From a virus (Duplodnaviria; Caudoviricetes): a stretch of 64,000 nt of DNA. Position 1 is the first letter of the stretch. The number at the start of each line of letters is the position of its first letter. Of the stretch, positions 29,633 through 38,959 are shown in pieces. A program made the translations under genes and the position numbers. The DNA lies in the IMG/VR virus record IMGVR_UViG_2756170199_000004, positions 6,382 through 70,381 of that record, one strand, 5' to 3'. The notes beneath the pieces are model-generated. The model made no database searches, was not told the origin of the DNA, and worked only from the letters and a program-made list of their open reading frames with translations.

Positions 29633-31975
29633 ATGTCCGATGTTGCCGATCCGTCGTCGCCGGCCTCGGGCGACGACGCGGTCAACGAAGCTTCCGCGGC
29701 GCGCTCTGCCAGATGGGCGGCACGCTGTGCGGTTGCTGCCGAGGAAGCCGCCGCATTGGCGCAGCAATACGGTGTGAACGTGCTGGGCGTATCCACGGAT
29801 GCTGGCAACGTGCTCGTCGACGGCACAGACAGCAAGGCACTGCTCAGGATTGATCCACGGGAAAATAACCTCCTCAGCGATACCGGCGACGGACTGTATG
29901 CCGATGGTAGCTTTGTTCAGGAGGGTGACGGTGCAGTGTCACGGACCCTTGAGGACAAGGCGCGCGAATGGGTAACGCCGGAGGACTATGGCGCGACCGG
30001 TGATGGACTGGCGCCCGATGACGATGCAATCGCCCTGACGGTCGTGAGAGCTCGTGGTCGAACAATCAGGACACGCGACGACGCAATCTACCTGATGAGC
30101 CGGACAGTGACCGTGGAAGGTGGCCGGTTCATCCTCGAGGGGAAAGGCACATTCAGGCGCGCGGATGGCGTGATCGTCAATACTGACAACGACTATACCA
30201 ACTTTACGCCTCTGTTCCGGTTGCAGGGCATGGACTGGGTTGATCTGGGCGAATGTACCTTCGATGACAACCGTCAGGGGCAGGTCTATCCCGCCACACA
30301 GAGCCGGCCCGGCCGCGGATCAAACCCCTTTCGCCACAACGGCGCTGTCGAGATCAGCCCTGACGCGACTGGCACCATTGCGTCGACGAACGTCCACATC
30401 CTCAAGGCAACATTCAGCAATGCGTATCTGAACGGCCTGGTACTCTGGCAGGTCCATGACGCGTGGATAGGCGAAAGTGCGTTCAAGAATATGACCTGGA
30501 ATGGCGTCGCGGGCGCCGGCCTGCGCAACGTCTGCTTTTTCCGGAACAACGGCTATCGCTGTGGCGATACGTCGATGTTCGGATCGCTGCAGCAGCCAGG
30601 GGACCGCTCGTTGATCCAGGTACGCGAATTCCCACAGAACTTTACGACGGCATCGGAAGGTATCCCATGCATCACGACCGGCGAGTATGCGAACGGCGGC
30701 ATTAACCGGTACGTCGATTTCACCGGAAACAGGGGCGATGAGTGCGGCGTGGAGACGATCTTCGGCCGCGCGATCATGGGCCTGTCCGGTGGCGAAAACT
30801 ACTCGCACAACGTTGGTTATGGGCGTAACCGCAATGCCGGATTTCACCCGGCGCACATCTGGTTCGAGTCGTGCGAAGGACACAACCGCGGGAATATCGG
30901 GTTTCAGGACACAGTGAGACCAGGTGACGATCAGCCGGATGGCATTGTCGCCTATTCGATGACGGGCGATGCATCCGCGCTGTTCCCATTCGTCGGAGAC
31001 TATACGCTTGACGTGCGTGGCGCACGCATGACATCGGCGAAAAGCGCCACTGGTGCACCGCTGCCCGGATTACTGTATCGGGGACTGCGCATTTCCTCCA
31101 ACGTCAATGCTGACTTTGCATTTGTCGATGGAACGGACAATGACGGGATCTACGGAACGAACTTCAATTCGTTCGAGCTTTCTCCGGTCTGTATCCACGA
31201 TTCATCGGCAAACAGCAGCACGCTGATCAATACCAATCTCAATCAGGATCTGTCGGTCGCAGGCGGCCCCATCGAACTGCTCAGGTATGGGTCGGACACG
31301 GGCGGTGTGCCGACCAACATCTTCGCACTCAACTGCACGATCGACGTTGGCAAGTCCGTGATCGTTTTTAACGGCAATCTGAACAACATCGCATTTCCGC
31401 CGGTCAATGTGCAATTCTCCAATGGCGTGGGCAACGTCAACGCGACTGCCGACCTGATGTTCCACAGCCAGGACGCTGCGTTCTACCGGCAGGTGAAGAA
31501 CACCTACATCGGAGCGAATGCCGTTGCCGGATTCCAGTCGCAGTCCAACGGCGGTAACCAGTTGTTGATGGGTACGACGAGCAGCCTCTACTCGGGCTCG
31601 CTGGGAGTCGCGCTTTCGGGCTTTGTGCATGCCAGCGGTGCGAACACTGGCGGTCTTTTCGTGACTGCTACTGGCGGACCCGTCGTGATGCGACCAGGCG
31701 GCAACCGTGCGATGACGCTCTTCGCGTCCGGGCGAATTCGTATCGGCGCGAGCGCTACCGATGACGGATCCAACGCATTACAACTCGAAGGGCCGATCGG
31801 GCTCAAGTCATATACCGTTGCGACGCTTCCGACTGCACCCGCCGGGATCTCCCTTGCTTATGCGAGTGATGGTCGCAAACAGGGGCAGGCCTCAGGCGCG
31901 GGGACTGGTGTGCCTGTCTACTACTCCGCCGGCCAATGGCGTGCATTTTCCAGTGACTCGCAGGTGCAAACATGA
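29633..31975 (+). CDS. Tailspike / putative polysaccharide depolymerase (parallel beta-helix)
   Basis: GAVSRTLEDKAREWVTPEDYGATGDG...DDDAI (pectate-lyase-3-like start), N/G-rich beta-helix body, C-terminal LKSYTVATLP...GTGVPVYYSAGQWR. Confidence 0.8.
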   Translation: MSDVADPSSPASGDDAVNEASAARSARWAARCAVAAEEAAALAQQYGVNVLGVSTDAGNVLVDGTDSKALLRIDPRENNLLSDTGDGLYADGSFVQEGDGAVSRTLEDKAREWVTPEDYGATGDGLAPDDDAIALTVVRARGRTIRTRDDAIYLMSRTVTVEGGRFILEGKGTFRRADGVIVNTDNDYTNFTPLFRLQGMDWVDLGECTFDDNRQGQVYPATQSRPGRGSNPFRHNGAVEISPDATGTIASTNVHILKATFSNAYLNGLVLWQVHDAWIGESAFKNMTWNGVAGAGLRNVCFFRNNGYRCGDTSMFGSLQQPGDRSLIQVREFPQNFTTASEGIPCITTGEYANGGINRYVDFTGNRGDECGVETIFGRAIMGLSGGENYSHNVGYGRNRNAGFHPAHIWFESCEGHNRGNIGFQDTVRPGDDQPDGIVAYSMTGDASALFPFVGDYTLDVRGARMTSAKSATGAPLPGLLYRGLRISSNVNADFAFVDGTDNDGIYGTNFNSFELSPVCIHDSSANSSTLINTNLNQDLSVAGGPIELLRYGSDTGGVPTNIFALNCTIDVGKSVIVFNGNLNNIAFPPVNVQFSNGVGNVNATADLMFHSQDAAFYRQVKNTYIGANAVAGFQSQSNGGNQLLMGTTSSLYSGSLGVALSGFVHASGANTGGLFVTATGGPVVMRPGGNRAMTLFASGRIRIGASATDDGSNALQLEGPIGLKSYTVATLPTAPAGISLAYASDGRKQGQASGAGTGVPVYYSAGQWRAFSSDSQVQT

Positions 31976-32283
31976 GCGACACGGTGGAAGTGAAGAGGAT
32001 GCGGGTGCCGAACGAATTTCTCGTGCGCTTCGATGTTCGTGGAGTACCTGTTGGGGCACATCTCGTGATGATGAGCTACCTCCAGGCGGGTGACCAGATC
32101 CTGGAGGAAACCGTTCGTCTGGAAGACGCGGTGCCGGCCGAGTGGACCAGCATGGCGATCGCTTCGTTGCTCGGGGACTATGCGGCCCAGCTTTCGGCCG
32201 AGCTCTCTGTGAAGCAGCGTGAGCTCGATCAGGCGCACGCACGCATCGCGCAGCTTGCTGGCAGCAATCCCCAACCGGAATGA
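31972..32283 (+). CDS. Probable tail-fibre/tailspike accessory or chaperone protein
   Basis: ATGA overlap with the tailspike; EFLVRF...GAH motif and C-terminal coiled coil. Confidence 0.55.
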   Translation: MSDTVEVKRMRVPNEFLVRFDVRGVPVGAHLVMMSYLQAGDQILEETVRLEDAVPAEWTSMAIASLLGDYAAQLSAELSVKQRELDQAHARIAQLAGSNPQPE

Positions 32284-32328
32284 AACGCGACGTTCGGCCA
32301 ACCGTCCTGATATCGGAGGGGATGTTCA

Positions 32329-32778
32329 ATGAACACGCTTTCACCAGAAGCCAACCTCGAGACCCTCATTGGAGAACTGGTTAGCCTGATTGAGGGTCTG
32401 GGCACTCCGATCAAGGCTGCCATCAAGGCGGCACAAACGACGGCCATTGTGAACCTTGCCGGTGGCGCCAACGTGGCGCTCGATCTCACGCCGATTGTCC
32501 AGGGCGCGCCTGAAATTCTCTTCAACCTTCCCCTCTCCGCAAGCACGACAACAACGCTGTCGATCGTCAATCCACCGGCAAGCGGCGTACTCGCGGAGTT
32601 CGTGCTGGTTGCGAAGAATAGTGCGAGCTCGGGACTCGTCTTTCCCTCGACTTTCAGGTGGCCTCAGGGCGTTGTACCTTCGGCGTGTGGCGTCGCAGGC
32701 AAGCTGGACACGTTCGTGATTTACACCCAGGACGGGGGTGCGAGTTTTGACGCGTTCGTCGCGGGGCAAAACCAATGA
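32329..32778 (+). CDS. Small beta-sandwich tail-associated protein
   Basis: FPSTFRWPQGVVPS...KLDTFVIYTQDGGASF pattern; GGAGGG RBS. Confidence 0.55.
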   Translation: MNTLSPEANLETLIGELVSLIEGLGTPIKAAIKAAQTTAIVNLAGGANVALDLTPIVQGAPEILFNLPLSASTTTTLSIVNPPASGVLAEFVLVAKNSASSGLVFPSTFRWPQGVVPSACGVAGKLDTFVIYTQDGGASFDAFVAGQNQ

Positions 32779-33617
32779 GCCATCTGGCAAGGCGGTTGCC
32801 CATGTGTGGCGGGCCACCATACAAGGGACTGCTGGATTCGTTGAGTCTTTGGCCGGTGGGTGCGTATGGTCTGCGAAGGTTGACGCGGAAATATTTCGGT
32901 CCATGCTGCATGGTCAGGCGTGTGAGTGACTACGCCACCGCAACCATCAATTTTCGTCTCGACGGGAGCATGGACACGGCCAGCCTGCTCACCTTTGCAG
33001 GAACGGGAGACCTGTTCGTAACAGCGCTATATGACCAGTCAGGTCATGGCACATCCATGAAGAACTACGCCGGGAATCCACCCATCGTTCAGGCTGGCGC
33101 GTTGGTCCTTGTCACGAGCGGTGGCGTTCTTCCCGGGATACTGGGTATCGGAAACTCAGAGTACATGCTCGACAATGGCGCACAGTTTCCCATCAACGGT
33201 CCATTCAGTCGTGCATCCGTAAATAGCATCCCGTCGACGGCACCGACTTCCGCTTTCCCCGTCCTGACAGGGACAGACGACATTGCCAATGAGGCGCTGC
33301 AGGTGGCCAATGGCCACTACCAGATGTACAACCAGGGCAAAAGCTTTGCATCCTCAATCGTCCTGCCCTTCAATCGCGCCAATTGCGTCATCGAGAATTT
33401 CAACAACACGGCGAGCAGCCTTCTCGTCAATGGCACGCAGACGAGCGGTTCGCTAGGCGCCGTTGCCGATAGCGCGACCTTGATCTCCATGACCCAGGGT
33501 GGATTCAGTGGCGGATCGTCGATTTTTTCCGAAGTACTGCAGTTCAACCAGCTGCTGGGTGCTGATGACATCAGTCTGATCTACGCGGACCAGAAGAACT
33601 ATTGGGGCACGCCATAG
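32775..33617 (+). CDS. GH54 (arabinofuranosidase-B catalytic)-like beta-sandwich protein, single domain
   Basis: GAYGLRRL...YFGPCCMVRRVSD...ALYDQSGHG; ends ADQKNYWGTP. Confidence 0.65.
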   Translation: MSHLARRLPMCGGPPYKGLLDSLSLWPVGAYGLRRLTRKYFGPCCMVRRVSDYATATINFRLDGSMDTASLLTFAGTGDLFVTALYDQSGHGTSMKNYAGNPPIVQAGALVLVTSGGVLPGILGIGNSEYMLDNGAQFPINGPFSRASVNSIPSTAPTSAFPVLTGTDDIANEALQVANGHYQMYNQGKSFASSIVLPFNRANCVIENFNNTASSLLVNGTQTSGSLGAVADSATLISMTQGGFSGGSSIFSEVLQFNQLLGADDISLIYADQKNYWGTP

Positions 33618-33717
33618 GGCGTCCTGTCTTCGAAAGCCGATGGATCCAGGGAGGACGGAAAATGTATGAAGTCTCCGCACAGGATCGTGATGCGATCCGT
33701 GTTCGTTTCGTCGCGAG

Positions 33718-36700
33718 GTGAAGTCCATGAGTCGCCTTTCACGACAATTGCTCAAGGTGACAACCCCCCCATGGATAGGCACGCTTGACAGGCTGGCGAC
33801 GACCGCGGCGGGGGCATGGAGTTTGCGTCGCCTTCGAGGTGGCTATGCTGGTCCATGTCTGAACGTGCGTCGCGATGCCGATAATGTTACCCAGGATATC
33901 GGATTTACTGCGTCTGGCGATCTGAGCGTGGCCGCGCTGCTCGCGTTTGTCGGTGGAGGCAACGGCTATCTGACGGCATGGTACGACCAGATGCCAGGTG
34001 CTTCGCATCTGCGCCAGGCGAACGTGAGTCAGCAACCGCAGATCGTAGCCGCGGGAAGCCTGGTGGCGTATCCGTCATGGGCTGGGCATGGGGCCGTGAT
34101 GACCAACGGCGGCACGAGCGGTGCGAATGGATCGTTCCTGCAGACGATTGTGCCTGCACCCGCGCTAAGCTTTCCGCAGCCCTTTTCACGTTCCTCCGTG
34201 CTCGCGTTCCCGTGGGGACTGACGCCCTCCAACGGCAACCCGATCGTTCTCAATAGCGGTAATAGCGCGTACAGCGAGCTGTATCAGACCTCCGCCAGTA
34301 CGCTGAGCTGCTATGCCTACGATAGCTCTGGCAATAGCGGAGGCACAGGCTACACGAGCGTCACTGGCATTGGCGCTGGCACCACCGGAGCGCTCCTCGA
34401 GACGTTCAACCAGGCGAGCAGCTCAGCGGTCTTCAACGGGAACGTGGCATCCGGCGCTGTGGGATCTGGCGCATCCGAGATCATGTCGGTCGGTGCGAAT
34501 GTCAACGGTTCCGCGCGCTGTACACAGGCGCTGTATGGCGAGATCATCGAATTCCCGCAACCGCCCAGTGCGAGCGATCAGTTCGCACTTGAGATCGATC
34601 AATGTCAGTACTGGCAGACGCCGTGTCCATATCGCGGCACCGTCCTCGCTGATGGGCCCTATGCCTACTGGCCGCTAAACGAGACGACCGGGACTGTTGC
34701 TGCGGATATCTCCGGCAATGGGCACAGTGGCACCTATCAGGCTGGCGCGAAGCTCGCTGCCTGTTCGCTGTTGCCAGGTGTAGCGGCCGCTTACGTGGAG
34801 CTGGACGGCACGTCAACCTCCTGGGTAGACGTGAGTGCCGCCAACCAGTTCTGTTCGGGTACCGCGTGGTCGATCGAGTGCTGGGCCCGGGTGGCGAGCT
34901 ACAACAATTTGCCAGTTGGCGGCTTCTCCACGGACAAGGGATGCCGCTTCATCGGCAACGTTCTTTATACGAGCTCGGGGGGATGGCAGTCAGGCATGGA
35001 GTGGGGAATCTCGTCGTCCGATGGGGTGCAGCCCGGGACGTACCATTTTTACGACGGACTTCATGCTTACACGCCGTTCTATACGCCGCCTCAGGCAGGT
35101 GCATTGCAGCATGTTGTGCTGGTTCGATCGGGAAACGCATTCACGATATACGTGAACGGCAGTGTTTTTGTGGCAGGTACGAGCGTGACGGCTTCGCCCA
35201 CGATCCAGTCAACGCTCCAGATTGGTTCAATGGGCGGCCAGTTTGGCGCAATGAATGGCGTGATCGGCGAAGTAGCGGTGTATAACAAGGCACTCACCGC
35301 GCAGCAGGTCGCGAACCACTATGCGGCGGCCATCGTTCCACTGACTACGCTGCTCGATGGTCTCACGACGCCGGTAGTCGGGGCGTGGAGTCTGCGGCGT
35401 CTGCGTGGCGCATACAGTGGCCCATGCATAAACGTGAGGCGGGATTCTGACAGCGCCACGAAAGATATTGGATTCAATGCCAACGGCGAGCTCGATGTCG
35501 CGGCGCTGCTCGCCTTCACCGGATCGGCGAACGGTTTTGTCACGGCCTGGTATGATCAGACCAGCAATCCGGCGAACCTGACGCAGACGCTGACAACCCG
35601 CCAACCTCTCATCGTCACGAGCGGTGTACTCAACACTTCTGCGGCCCCATCCGGTCGCGCTGCGATCCTCGCTGTCGCCACCGCGAGCTCGATTCAGGAA
35701 TTGATTGGCGCGACCAGCAAGCTCACGCTCAGCCAGCCCTTCAGTCGCGCAAGCGTGACTGGTATTCCGGCAGGTGCAACCAGCAGCAGTTTCTGGGTAG
35801 TGAACGGCAGCACCAACGCGTCGGTCATCGGGCTGAGCGCCGTGAACCTCAAATACCAGATGTACGATTACAGCACGGGATTCACGTCGGGTAACGCTGT
35901 TGCTGCCGGCGCAAACAACTGCGTAATGGAGAACTACAGCACGACCGGTAGCCGTATCGTCGTCAACGGTATTCCGACTAATGGCTCCATCGGCTCAGGC
36001 GGCGATGGCACCAATCTTCTCGCACTTGGCGCGCTTGCCCAGATTGCAGGTGCAAGCGCCACGTTCTGCGAGCTCATCCTGTTCCGCGCCCTGGTGAGCC
36101 CGGCTGATCAGAGTGTCATTTCCGCAAACCAGGCAAGCTACTGGGGTTCCGCGCTCACTGACCGGTTGACCGACTGGGGACCGAATGCCATCGCCCTCAC
36201 CCGCAACCTCAACGCTACGTCGGTTCTCGCCGCAGGACCATGGGGTGACGCGAATGGTGCGCTGTATTTCAGCGGTGGTGGGAATAACGGCCTGAACGTT
36301 GCTGCAACGGCGGCGCTGGCACTGTCGACCTGCACGTTCGAGGCATGGGCGAAGACGGCGACGGGCACAAGCGAGAATCTCTGGGGATGCTACTACAACA
36401 CGGCATCGGACGTATTCCGGGCACGGCAGGACAATGGGGGTGACAAGTATTATGGCTTCGATACGCAGGCGGGTGGCGCTACCTATGCGCAACTGATTCC
36501 GTCTGCCGATGGCGTGTGGCACCACCTCTGCTTCGCAATCTATCAGGTCGGGCCGACCTGGTACCAGCAATGCTGGGCTGACGGGCAAAGCCTCTCGCTG
36601 CAGACACTCACGAGCTATAGCACGATCGATCTCGGAACATCTGCGCACACCGCGCGCATAGGTTCAGGCACCAATGGACTGAGTGACAACCCGTTTATCG

Positions 36701-36828
36701 GCTGGCTTTCGAACCTGCGCATTTCGAACACGAACCGATATGGTGCGGGTGCTTCGCAGGCGCCGATCGCAGTGCCGTCAGCACCGTTTGCGTCGGATGC
36801 TGCCACGGTGCTCCTGGTTCCCTTCTGA
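33718..36828 (+). CDS. Multidomain adhesin-like protein: GH54-like + LamG + GH54-like + LamG
   Basis: Two GAWSLRRLRG.Y.GPC.NVRRD.D...DIGF...WYDQ domains; LamG-type LADGPYAYWPLNETTGT and GEVAVYNKALTAQQVANHY; C-terminal LSNLRISNTNRY. Confidence 0.75.
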   Translation: MKSMSRLSRQLLKVTTPPWIGTLDRLATTAAGAWSLRRLRGGYAGPCLNVRRDADNVTQDIGFTASGDLSVAALLAFVGGGNGYLTAWYDQMPGASHLRQANVSQQPQIVAAGSLVAYPSWAGHGAVMTNGGTSGANGSFLQTIVPAPALSFPQPFSRSSVLAFPWGLTPSNGNPIVLNSGNSAYSELYQTSASTLSCYAYDSSGNSGGTGYTSVTGIGAGTTGALLETFNQASSSAVFNGNVASGAVGSGASEIMSVGANVNGSARCTQALYGEIIEFPQPPSASDQFALEIDQCQYWQTPCPYRGTVLADGPYAYWPLNETTGTVAADISGNGHSGTYQAGAKLAACSLLPGVAAAYVELDGTSTSWVDVSAANQFCSGTAWSIECWARVASYNNLPVGGFSTDKGCRFIGNVLYTSSGGWQSGMEWGISSSDGVQPGTYHFYDGLHAYTPFYTPPQAGALQHVVLVRSGNAFTIYVNGSVFVAGTSVTASPTIQSTLQIGSMGGQFGAMNGVIGEVAVYNKALTAQQVANHYAAAIVPLTTLLDGLTTPVVGAWSLRRLRGAYSGPCINVRRDSDSATKDIGFNANGELDVAALLAFTGSANGFVTAWYDQTSNPANLTQTLTTRQPLIVTSGVLNTSAAPSGRAAILAVATASSIQELIGATSKLTLSQPFSRASVTGIPAGATSSSFWVVNGSTNASVIGLSAVNLKYQMYDYSTGFTSGNAVAAGANNCVMENYSTTGSRIVVNGIPTNGSIGSGGDGTNLLALGALAQIAGASATFCELILFRALVSPADQSVISANQASYWGSALTDRLTDWGPNAIALTRNLNATSVLAAGPWGDANGALYFSGGGNNGLNVAATAALALSTCTFEAWAKTATGTSENLWGCYYNTASDVFRARQDNGGDKYYGFDTQAGGATYAQLIPSADGVWHHLCFAIYQVGPTWYQQCWADGQSLSLQTLTSYSTIDLGTSAHTARIGSGTNGLSDNPFIGWLSNLRISNTNRYGAGASQAPIAVPSAPFASDAATVLLVPF

Positions 36829-37314
36829 ACGCGACATCGATCCTCTGCCGGCTATGCAGGCGAATTGACAAATCGCCATTTGACAGCATACTGCGATCCC
36901 GTTTTTACAGGATGAGTGAATGCTGTGGAAGCCACTATACATGTACATTCGATGTCGACATCTTTGCAATGTGCTTGCTGATACGAGTGTCTCAGCTGTC
37001 GGGGTATCAGGCTCGATGTGTCAGGCAATTCTGGTCACGATGTCCTAGAGTATCTTTATCAGGACCGCGTTGCCTCCACCGCATCTCCCGAATGCCCTCG
37101 TGTTGAAGCTGTTGAAACTTCAACAGGATCTTCCCCGCACTGCGGAGAATTTTCTGTCAATGAACCCTGCAGACAGCTTGTCGAAGCCACCTCCCAGCCT
37201 CTGCAACATGCTTGCCTAGGACTACTCAGGTCGTCGCAACAAGTGCCATGCCATGCAGACGAAGTGACATAAAGGAACGTTCACGATGACCATGGTTCGC
37301 AAACAAAAGCACGT

Positions 37315-37338
37315 TGAGTCATATATTACAGAACTGGA
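37315..37338 (+). promoter_or_regulatory. Putative phage early promoter, copy 3
   Basis: TGAGTCATATAT-N7-CTGGA; contains TATATTAC. Confidence 0.6.
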
Positions 37339-37376
37339 AGCCATCCTTAATCCAGTTCATCCCGCGGGAGGAATTC

Positions 37377-37877
37377 ATGTCTGGGAATCGTGGGCAGAAG
37401 GTTTGGCGCGTTTTCACAAACGTCCTGGATGACCTGGAAAACAGAGGCCTGCCGAACTTGACAATTGACCATACAACAGCGCCAGCGATGGTCGTGTTTT
37501 CAAAGGGAGAATTCAACCTGGCACGAGTGATGTTTGAACAGGTATGGGCCTGTACGATGCTAGAACTCGTTCTGCTGGCGAGACCACCGAATGTCATCCG
37601 CATGCAGCCCGATACCGATCGTATCCGAATGATACTGCCGGTGCAGGCCCCCAATCTCGCCTCCATGTTTTGCGGGATATGGCTAAGTTTCAGACAGGCT
37701 GTTGTCAATGAGCAGTCGTGGAGTCTGCATCACATCACGTGCCAGTATCGCGACGTGAGTGTAACCCCTGCTTTTCGTGTAGCCGTGCGGCGATTCGGGC
37801 AGCTGGTTTTCGGTCAGGACAATCTTCAGTTACCCGAGGGAGTCGACGTAAGACTCCAGGGCCGGGCGATTTCCTGA
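37377..37877 (+). CDS. Hypothetical early protein
   Basis: GGGAGGA RBS before ATG 37377. Confidence 0.65.
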   Translation: MSGNRGQKVWRVFTNVLDDLENRGLPNLTIDHTTAPAMVVFSKGEFNLARVMFEQVWACTMLELVLLARPPNVIRMQPDTDRIRMILPVQAPNLASMFCGIWLSFRQAVVNEQSWSLHHITCQYRDVSVTPAFRVAVRRFGQLVFGQDNLQLPEGVDVRLQGRAIS

Positions 37878-37894
37878 GAGGCGGAGACAACTTC

Positions 37895-38245
37895 ATGTAT
37901 CCCGATTCAGTGGTGCTTGAATTCCATGACGGAATCACGCGGCTCGACGCCTGTCTGACAAACCTTGATATACCAGAGCCGTATCTCGACGAGTACTTCG
38001 GCACGATGATCGACACGCTTCGTGACCAGGACGAGGCCCTGGCAGACATTCTCGCATGGACAGATACGGAATGCGTGACCAATCCAAAGTACGGAGAAAT
38101 CCTATCGAAGACACTTGAAAATATCGCGCGTCTGCTCTACCGGAAGTTGCTCGACCTTACGCTCTACCTGCCCAATGGCAGATTGCCCTACGCGTTCTCT
38201 GGACGGCTGGGAAACGGTGCAATCGTGCTGACGTGGTGCGAATGA
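37895..38245 (+). CDS. Hypothetical protein, probable paralog of the next gene
   Basis: GGAG RBS; TLENIARLLYRKL...LYLPNGRLPYAFSG. Confidence 0.65.
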   Translation: MYPDSVVLEFHDGITRLDACLTNLDIPEPYLDEYFGTMIDTLRDQDEALADILAWTDTECVTNPKYGEILSKTLENIARLLYRKLLDLTLYLPNGRLPYAFSGRLGNGAIVLTWCE

Positions 38246-38290
38246 CCGGGTCGGGAAAATGCAATCCCATCGTTCAGGAATGGACTCATC

Positions 38291-38779
38291 TTGAACCAGA
38301 ATAATTCATCTAACCAAAATCCATCTTCGGCTGAACCTGTTAGCCGTCCACCACACGAAGCTGCCGCCAGGGAAAATGAAACGTATCGCGGTCCAGATTC
38401 CATTGTTATCGACCTGGGACAGGCTATCCGTGACTTTGAAAAGAACATCAAGTACGTCCAGAGCCCGGTCAACCTGGAGGCCAATGAAGTACTTCGCCAT
38501 ATTACCAACGAGATTGAATACAAGGACTATGACCGGGATTCGTTGCTGGACTTCATTGCCAACGTGCGCCATCACCTGGAGGACGACATAAGGCCGAAGG
38601 AAATGGAGTGTATCGCGGACGCCCTGGAAAAGCTCGGCATGGCACTCGTCACCCGTTTGCGAACACACAATATTTTCAATCCGGCCAATGACCGGTTTGA
38701 ATACTATTTTCACGGAATTGCAAATGATTCCATGGCCGTATTTCGCAGGCATTCTCGCGCGAGCAACGATGAAAATTAA
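38291..38779 (+). CDS. Hypothetical protein, probable paralog of the previous gene
   Basis: ALEKLGMALVTRL...IFNPANDRFEYYFHG; TTG start uncertain. Confidence 0.6.
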   Translation: MNQNNSSNQNPSSAEPVSRPPHEAAARENETYRGPDSIVIDLGQAIRDFEKNIKYVQSPVNLEANEVLRHITNEIEYKDYDRDSLLDFIANVRHHLEDDIRPKEMECIADALEKLGMALVTRLRTHNIFNPANDRFEYYFHGIANDSMAVFRRHSRASNDEN

Positions 38780-38959
38780 CAGGTAAACGGTGGCGCACGG
38801 AGGGCATCGGTGCCCTCTCCAGTCCCCTGACGATTGCGGGCAACACGATGCTTTCCGTGCTCACGGGGGACTTTTAGAAATACCTGGACGGTCGATTCAT
38901 CTGGACGACCGGCGCGTTTCTTGCGCCGTGTCTGGAGTTACGTTTCAGTGCATGTCTGA

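Noticed and set aside
38800-38817. GAGGGCA-TCGG-TGCCCTC hairpin sharing its stem with the 29112 terminator
   Set aside because: Short stem and no U-tract; too weak to call
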